Of a stretch of DNA of 64,000 nt, positions 53,470 through 64,000 are shown piece after piece (position 1 is the first letter of the stretch; each line of letters begins with the position of its first letter). The stretch comes from Octopus vulgaris (taxonomy: Eukaryota). The position numbers were made by a program, and so were the translations under genes. The stretch is taken from contig OX597817.1 in the NCBI GenBank assembly GCA_951406725.2, positions 96,782,001 to 96,846,000 on the forward strand. The letters run 5' to 3'. The notes under the pieces are model-generated. The model had not been told where the DNA came from. It made no database searches and worked only from the letters and a program-made list of their open reading frames with translations.

Positions 53470-54366
53470 ATGGCAAGAAACTGGTCTGCGAGAGAGGTGC
53501 AATTGTTCGTCCGCGCTTGGAAGATCGCTGAGGACGACTCGCCGAACGAAATTATTGCTGCGGCGCTGAAAAGCAACAATTTTTCGAGAACCACCGCCCA
53601 GATAGAGCGAAAGAAGAGAGAAGTTATCCGTTCGTACGCTCTAATCAGGCAACATGTGGACACCCTGGACATCATCCTGGGAGGTGACGGCAGCAGGGAG
53701 GGCCAAAAGGATGAGGAAAGCATCCAGAGCCAAATGGAGAAGCCTGGAACACAGGGAAACGATGACACATGTCCAGCTTCCAACACCACAACTGAAGACC
53801 AAAGAGGTGCGATGGCCGCAAGAAAGGAAAGGCACCCTGGAATTGATGGGAAGCAGGAGGTAAAGGGTGACAGAATCAAGGCTAAAGGAAGCCCTGTCCA
53901 GAGAAAGCAGAGGGACCCCAGCAAAAACTGTAAGGGCAGGGAAAGAAACACCTGCAAATTCTACCTGAGGGGGGACTGCTGGTACGGCGTTGAAGGTGCA
54001 AACTGTCGCTTTGCACATCGGAGGCCCTACCAAAACCGCACGGACGCGAGACAGAGGTCCCTCCCTCAGGGAGAACAAAAACAAAAAGTTAAAAGAAGGG
54101 AAAAAAGCGCACTGACCACTACTGAAAGACGGTATGCAGATGTGGTGCGCGGAAACCCAACAGGTGGCCAGCTTCACCCAGATGTGAGAAGGGCGGCAGC
54201 TGAACAGCAGTCTTTTTTGTGCATGGCACAAAAAATTGTTCAGCAGCTGACCTGGCTACAAGCACAAAGCTGGAACTACCACCACATAAGGCCACCTCCA
54301 ACAGATGCAGGATGGCCACCACAGACACCAACACCAACACACACACCACAAAAATATTTCTACTGA
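53470..54366 (+). CDS. LINE ORF1 protein, 298 aa, Myb/SANT-like N-terminus and CCCH zinc finger
   Basis: NWSAREVQLFVRAW...IIAAALKSNNFSRTTAQIERK...Y; CKFYLRGDCWYGVEGANCRFAH; both conserved in the copy at 8083-8709. Confidence 0.8.
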   Translation: MARNWSAREVQLFVRAWKIAEDDSPNEIIAAALKSNNFSRTTAQIERKKREVIRSYALIRQHVDTLDIILGGDGSREGQKDEESIQSQMEKPGTQGNDDTCPASNTTTEDQRGAMAARKERHPGIDGKQEVKGDRIKAKGSPVQRKQRDPSKNCKGRERNTCKFYLRGDCWYGVEGANCRFAHRRPYQNRTDARQRSLPQGEQKQKVKRREKSALTTTERRYADVVRGNPTGGQLHPDVRRAAAEQQSFLCMAQKIVQQLTWLQAQSWNYHHIRPPPTDAGWPPQTPTPTHTPQKYFY

Positions 54367-57322
54367 ATGTAGGAGGGCTGCTGCGCGGAAACTGTAAAAA
54401 GAAAATTTCATTCCTGAGAGACCTTGTGACATGCAATCAAGCTATATGCATGGCACTCACAGAAACGCATCTTGAACCCGATATAGGTGATGCAGAAATA
54501 CACATGCCGCAATATGCAGTCATACGCACAGATAGAAAAGGGAGGAGCCATGGTGGAGTTGCAATGTACATCCGAGATGACCTCACGCCCCAGGTCCTGC
54601 TGTCATATTCAAACTCAGTATGTGAAACTCAAATTGTACACATAAGACAACTGAATATCGTCATATGCACTACATATCGCCCACCAGACGCCCCAAAACA
54701 CTCAGGCATGTTTGAAGACTGCCTAACAAAAATAGGAGAAGTCCTCACCAACCTTGAACAGCACAACAGTGTATTCTTCATGGGTGACTTTAACCTCCCC
54801 AATGTGGAATGGCCTGGGGGGCAGATGCTCCCAGGGATGACACACCATCAGCAGGCACAGGTGGAGTCCCTGCTCCATCTCACAAATACCTCTTTCATGG
54901 AGCAAATAGTTCTGCAACCAACAAGGGCAGATAATATACTGGATCTCTGCTTTACAAACAATATGGATATTATCCATAATGTTAATGTGATGCCGACAAT
55001 GATCTCGGATCACAACATAATAGAGCTGTCTACGTATGGAACAAAAGCCCCCGCAGACACACAGCCTATACGAAGCACCCACCATCTCTCCAACTTAAAC
55101 TTTCATAAAGCCAACTGGAAGTCGATTGAGAAAGAGATCCTCAAACAGGATTGGCCTGAATGTCTCTCCACACCGGACATAAACATGAAACACAAACACT
55201 TCATGTCCATAATACAAGCCATATGTGACAAATATGTCCCAATGTGCAGGGCCAGCACACACAAGAATAAAAACAGGATCCCTAGAGAAAGGAGGATTCT
55301 TATGAGACGACGGACAAGGATTGCAAACCGCCTGAGCAAGCACACCAAAAGTGGTGAGAAGTCTCGGCTCGAAAGAATGCTAATGGAAACTGAGAAAAGT
55401 CTACATCAGTCCCATGAAAAGGAGAGAGCAGATAAAGAAGCTTGGGTAATAGAAAATATAAAATCAAACCCTAAAGCTTTCTTTAAGTTTGCCAAAGAGA
55501 CAGCCACAGTGCACCAGAGAATAGGACCTCTCTTCCAAAAAGATGGCTCTCTCACAGGAAATCCCACGAGGATAAGTGAAATACTGAACGAACAGTTCCA
55601 AAGTGTATTCACTACACCTCTAGGACACAGGCAAGTAAACAACCCAGAAGAATTCTTTGCCACTTTACCAGCGGCCAAAGAGACAAAAATTGAGTACATC
55701 AACATCGAAGAAGATGATATCACACTAGCCATTGATGAGATTGACACAAACTCAGCTGCTGGACCTGATGGATTCCCAGCGATCCTTCTCAAATCGTGCA
55801 AACGAGCCCTTGCAAAACCGCTACAGCTTCTTTTTCAGAGCTTTCTTGCAAGTGGTAAGCTCCCAGTCAAACTGAAAGAGGGGGTAATATGCCCTATCCA
55901 TAAGGGAGGTAGCAGAGCAGATGCTAAAAATTATAGGCCTATCTCTCTGACCTCACACATCAGCAAAGTCATGGAACGAATAGTCCGTAAGAAACTAATC
56001 ATGTTCCTTGAAGAAAATGACTTACTGTCTGACACCCAGCATGGATTTCGACCAGGTAGAGGCTGCCTAACACAGCTCCTGCAACACTATGACTGGGTGT
56101 TGAAACAGCTACTAAATGGCTCAAATGTGGATGTAATATATCTTGACTTTGCAAAAGCCTTTGATAAAGTCGACCATGGTATGATCTGTCACAAACTGCG
56201 TGGTCTCGGCATAGGCGGGAAACTTGGAGAGTGGCTGCACAACTTCCTAAAAGACAGAAAACAGGCAGTTGTGAGCAATGGAGCCACCTCCAGGGAAACG
56301 CAAATAACAAGCGGTGTCCCACAGGGCACTGTCTTGGGGCCACTGATGTTCATAGTGGCCCTTTCAGACATGCCTTCAGTTGCTACGATGACCACCCTTG
56401 CTAGCTATGCAGATGACACAAAGGTCTCCCACGCAATACAGAACCCTGAAAATATTGCGCATCTGCAACATGAGCTGGACACAATATACAGGTGGGCTGA
56501 GGACAACAACATGCAGTTTAATGCAGGTAAGTTCCAGGCCCTGCGCTACTGGCACACAAAGGTAAATGACGTGAAGACTGGATACACTGGCCCAGGAAGA
56601 ATTGCAATCCCTGAGTCAAAATCAGTGCGTGACCTGGGCATTGACATGAGCAATGATGCATCTTTCCAAATGCATATTGCTAATCTGGTGATAAAATGCA
56701 GACGGCTAGCTGGATGGATTCTCCGAACTTTCAGAACAAGAGAGAAGGAGACACTGATGGTCCTATGGAAAACATTTGTCCTCAGCCGCTTGGACTACTG
56801 CTCCCAACTTTGGTCACCACACAATATAAAACAAACAGCAGAACTCGAAGCAACTCAGAGAAGCTACACAAAGAAAATCGTCTCAATGCAAAATGTCAGC
56901 TACTGGGAAAGACTGAAGGTATTAAACCTCTTCTCCCTGGAGCGGAGGCGGGAGAGATATGCAGTAATATACATCTGGAAAATCCTGGAGGGTCTTGTCC
57001 CAAACTTTGGCATTCAAAGTTACTCCAACCGCAGAACGGGCGCCGCTGCGTGGTGCCAAGGATTCCAACATCACCATCAAAATACAGGTCCAGATACTGC
57101 AACAGCTTGGGTTTCAGAGGACCACAGCTTTTCAACATCCTCCCTAAATGCCTGAGAGACTTACATGGTGTGGATGTGGGTTTCTTTAAAACTAAACTGG
57201 ATCTCTTCTTGTTGGGAGTCCCAGATGAACCTACCTCACGACAGGAGACACGGATGCGGGCAGCAGCATCGAACTCCCTTGTTGATCAAGTGCCACGTAT
57301 CAGAGGTGGATTCACAAACTAG
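54312..57322 (+). CDS. LINE ORF2: APE endonuclease and reverse transcriptase, one frameshift near 57040
   Basis: LTETHL, YRPP, MGDFN, LDL, SDH (APE); YRPISL, DFAKAFDKV, GVPQGTVLGP, YADD (RT); the true C-terminus lies in frame 56696-57322, as shown by the homologue at 62033-63298; ATG 54312 has strong Kozak context, though the frame is open from 54204. Confidence 0.9.
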
Positions 57323-57401
57323 TGTGGCTCATTCAGCGGTGGTGCCCCAGCATGGCCGCGGCCTTCGGGCTAAAACATTTTTAAGGATTTAAGGATTTTA
57401 A

Positions 57402-57650
<249 letters not shown>

Positions 57651-57782
57651 CAAAATGTATAGATATATAAACCATCTTTCTTTCCTTCCCTGAGCGTATG
57701 CTATATTTTCATGTACCACGTCCTCGCGTTGTTATTGTTTTTGAGAGAGAGAGTGGGGAGGAAGAGAGAAAGCGAGAAAGGG

Positions 57783-57844
<62 letters not shown>

Positions 57845-58011
57845 TGTTTCTTTATTAGCCACACAGGGCTGCACACAGATAGAACAAATTACAAGGTAGA
57901 GCTTTTCTTTTGAAGGTTTAAAAAAAAAAATGGTGGTTTTCGATCAAAAGGGGGGGTCGATCAAAAGGGATCGTAAAAGGAGAGAAAGAGGACAAAAAAA
58001 AGGGGGGGTTA

Positions 58012-58111
58012 NNNNNNNNNNNNNNNNNNNNNNNNNNNNNNNNNNNNNNNNNNNNNNNNNNNNNNNNNNNNNNNNNNNNNNNNNNNNNNNNNNNNNNNNN
58101 NNNNNNNNNNN
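58012..58111. other. Assembly gap (100 N)
   Basis: Run of N. Confidence 1.
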
Positions 58112-58655
58112 TTGTCACCAGCAGGGGTAAGAGCTCTCTGAACTTTGCCCAGGCTATTCTTACTCTAGCAGTTACACTTTCAGCACACCCACCCCGATAC
58201 TGACTTGGTCACCTAGGTAGCGGAAGCTATCAACTACTTCTAGTTTTTCTCCCTGGAACGTGGTAGAAGTTGGTCTCTGCACATTTTCAGTGTTTATTGC
58301 TCCTGAGCATCTGCCAGAGGCAAAAACTATTTTCCTAGTTAGCCTTCCTTTGACATTACTGCACCTCTTATGTGTCCATAGCTTACACTTGGTGCACCTT
58401 ATAGAGTTTCTACCTACACCTTTTTTACAGATCGAGCAGGGCCATGTATCTTAAGGCGTTTGTGATTGGTCTACCTTCCTACTTATTAGGACTTTGGTTT
58501 TTGAGCCTTGGTGGACCCCAACCTTTACCCGGAATTCTTCACTGTACTCGTTGCCAACCCTCACCTTACTAGCAGCGTCTCTGTACAAGGCTCGCACAGC
58601 TCTCACTAACCATTCATCTATCCCTGGTTTCCTCATTGACCACCAGATAAGGGAT
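58112..58655 (-). mobile_element. RTE LINE RT fragment with internal deletion and PHD-like Cys cluster
   Basis: SEEFRVKVGVHQG then KTKVL...PCSICKKGVGRNSIRCTKCKLWTHKRC...LEVVDSFRYLG. Confidence 0.8.
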
Positions 58656-58659
58656 CTAG

Positions 58660-59080
58660 CTGAAATTTTGCATGTGCAATCATTTATATCTCTATAGAGT
58701 AAGTGGCAACTTACAGCTCTGAATTAATTGTGGTTTCTGATTTACAGGTGTTTGAACCGAGTCAAGTGTGAAATGGAGCCTGTTGAGTGTCGAGCAGTGA
58801 TCCGGTTTTTGTATTTGAAAGGACGCCAACCACGGGAGACTTTTGATGAAATGAAAGTAACTTATGGTGATGATGCCCCATCATATGACTCCTGTAAAAC
58901 GTTGGCATCGTGAATTCAAACATGGTCGGAACTCTGTGGAATCAGTTCCCAGATCTGGTCTCCCTCTTCTGCCATTGATGAGGCATCTGTCCGTCAAGTT
59001 GAGGCTGCCATTTTGGAAGATCGACGCATAATTATTCGCCACAATAGCCCATGAGGTCAAGATTAGTACCGGGTCTGTGG
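58660..59080 (+). mobile_element. Mariner 5' fragment
   Basis: MEPVECRAVIRFLYLKG...MKVTYGDDAPSY..VKRWHREFKHGRNSVE..PRSG. Confidence 0.8.
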
Positions 59081-59157
59081 AAACTTCCGGGCCCAGCACA
59101 AGTGCCTTGGTGGAACGCCACGACTGACTTTGGCTGGGGCCACTCACTGACTTTGGC

Positions 59158-59601
<444 letters not shown>

Positions 59602-59603
59602 AT

Positions 59604-61955
<2,352 letters not shown>

Positions 61956-61956
61956 T

Positions 61957-63291
61957 ACTCTTTTACTCTTTTTACTTGTTTCAGCCATCCGGCTGAGGCC
62001 ATGCTGGGGCACCGCCCTTGTTGCTACCCTCTCTAAGTCCAGTTTGCCGTGGCTGGCCACTGATCTAAGTGAGAGTTTGTAGCTGCTGCCCTTAGGTTAC
62101 CTTTGTACCCTTTGCAGTGGCCCTCATCTGGGATCTCGGAAAGCAGCTTGTCTAGATGTTTTTTGAAAATGTCCACATCCGCATCATGTAGATCTCTTAG
62201 TTTTCTTGGCAGTTTGTTGAAAAGCTGAGGGCCCCTGAACCCCAGGCTATTACAGTATCTGCTCCTTACCCTGGATGTGGAAGACGGGACCTTTGGCACC
62301 ACACAGTGACGTCCTGTACGGTGATTGGAACAGCTCTCAATTCCAAAATTTGGTGCTAGTCCCTCCAAGATTTTCCATATGTATATCACTGCATATCTCT
62401 CTCGTCTTCGTTCCAAGGAGTACAAATTGAGTTCCCTAAGCCTCTCCCAATAGTTCTTTTCTTTCATGGTGGAAATCCTCTTGGTGAAATGTCTTTGGAT
62501 TGTCTCAAGCTCTGTGGTTAGTTTGACACTATGCAGTGACCACAGTTGGGAGCAGTAGTCCAGGCGGCTTAGGACAAATGTCCTCCATAGTATCAACATG
62601 GTCTCGCAGTCTCTTGTCCGGAATGTCCTCAGGATCCAGCCAGTGAGTCGTCTGCACATTGTCGCCACCTTCGCGATGTGTGAAGAAAAAGATGCATCGT
62701 CACTCATGTCTATCCCCAGGTCCCGTATTGATTTCGATACTGGGATTTCGATCCCTCCTGGACCAGTATAGTTGTGTTGTAATGTATATGTGTTTACAGC
62801 TTGATATTGTAAGGCTTGAAATTTACCAGCATTAAATTGCATGTTGTTGTCTTCAGCCCATTTGTATATGGCATCCAGATCTTGTTGTAAAAGGTCAGCA
62901 TCAGCTGGGTTTTTGATTGCCTGTGCTACCTTTGTGTCATCAGCATAGCTAGTGAGGGATGTTGTTTGTGCTACCAAGGGCATGTCAGAGAGCGCCACCA
63001 AAAACAGCAAGGGTCCCAAGACTGTGCCCTGTGGCACCCCGCTTGCTATTGGTGTCTTTCCCGAGAGGGCTCCATTGGCTGCAACCATCTGGCTTCTGTC
63101 CTTCAGGAAGTCATGTATCCACTCACCTACTTTTCCTGTTATGCCGAGTCTGAGTAATTTGTGACATATCATTCCGTGGTCGACTTTGTCAAAGGCCTTC
63201 GCAAAGTCGAGATATACCACATCCACCTGTGAGCGATCCAGTAGTTGTTTCAGTACCCAGTCGTAGTGTTGTAACAGCTGCGTAAGGCATT
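61957..63291 (-). mobile_element. CR1-group LINE 3' part with an open RT frame (different subfamily)
   Basis: ORF 62033-63298 with DFAKAFDKV, GVPQG, YADD; 3' box, hairpin and (aaaagagt)n tail. Confidence 0.9.
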
Positions 63292-64000
63292 TCTTCATGG
63301 TGGAAATCCTCTGGTGAAATGTCTTTGGATTGTCTCAAGCTTCTGTGGCTAGTTTGACACTATGCGGTGACCACAGTTGGGAGCAGTAGTCCAGGCGGCT
63401 TAGGACAAATGTCCTCCATAGTGTCAACATGGTCTCGCAGTCTCTGTCCGGAATGTCCTCGTGATCCAGCCAGTGAGTCGTCTGCACATTGTCACCACCT
63501 TCAAGTATGTGAAGAAAAAGATGCATCGTCACTCATGTCTATCCCTGTCCCGTATTGATTTCGATACTGGGATTTCGATCCCTCCTGGACCAGTATAGTT
63601 GTGTTGTAATGTATATGTGTTTACAGCTTGAAATTTACCACATTAAATGCATGTTGTTGTCTTCAGCCCATTTTTATATGGCATCCAGATCTTGTTGTAA
63701 AAGGTCAGCATCAGCTGGGTTTTTGATTGCCTTGTGTCAATGCATAGCTAGTGAGGGATGTTGTTTGTGCTACCAAGGGCATGTCAGAGAGCGCCACCAA
63801 AAACAGCAAGGGTCTCAAGACTGTGCCCTGTGGCACCCCGCTGCTATTGGTGTCTTTCCCGAGAGGGCTCCATTGGATGCAACCATCTGGCTTCTGTCCT
63901 TCAGGAAGTCATATATCCACTCACCTCATTTTTCTGTTATGCCGAGTCTGAGTAATTTGTGACATATCACTTCTCCGTGGTCGACTTTGTCAAAGGCCTT
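63292..64000 (-). repeat. Indel-rich tandem duplicate of 62459-63200
   Basis: Restarts at ttcatggtggaaatcc and follows the same sequence with many small deletions. Confidence 0.85.

Noticed and set aside
59088-59157. GC-rich hairpin as a possible HDV-like ribozyme
   Set aside because: Could not build the nested double pseudoknot; only a short stem and a 12-bp direct repeat
63292-64000. Second LINE copy in tandem
   Set aside because: Near-identical to 62459-63200 but full of small deletions; most likely an unpolished-read or assembly artefact

Overview
AT-rich, repeat-dominated animal genomic DNA. The SINE families and very long (TA)n arrays suggest an octopus or other cephalopod (inference, not verified). 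Only one host coding exon is recognisable: the first coding exon of ISPD/CRPPA on the minus strand, with a probable GC-AG donor. The rest is nested mobile DNA: Tc1/mariner elements, RTE, CR1-group and RLE-type LINEs, tRNA-derived SINEs, Gypsy LTR remnants, Helitrons, Penelope fragments, foldback elements and MITEs with 8-bp TSDs. Three signals stand out. (1) A near-intact CR1-group LINE sits inside (TA)n; its ORF1 carries a Myb/SANT-like (trihelix-type) domain plus a CCCH zinc finger, and its covarying 3' hairpin is shared with a local SINE. (2) There are eight type I hammerhead-ribozyme motifs, three with intact cores, including a perfectly inverted pair. (3) Many long palindromes are present, and two of them show one-sided CpG decay. 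All calls are by eye and boundaries of degenerate repeats are approximate.
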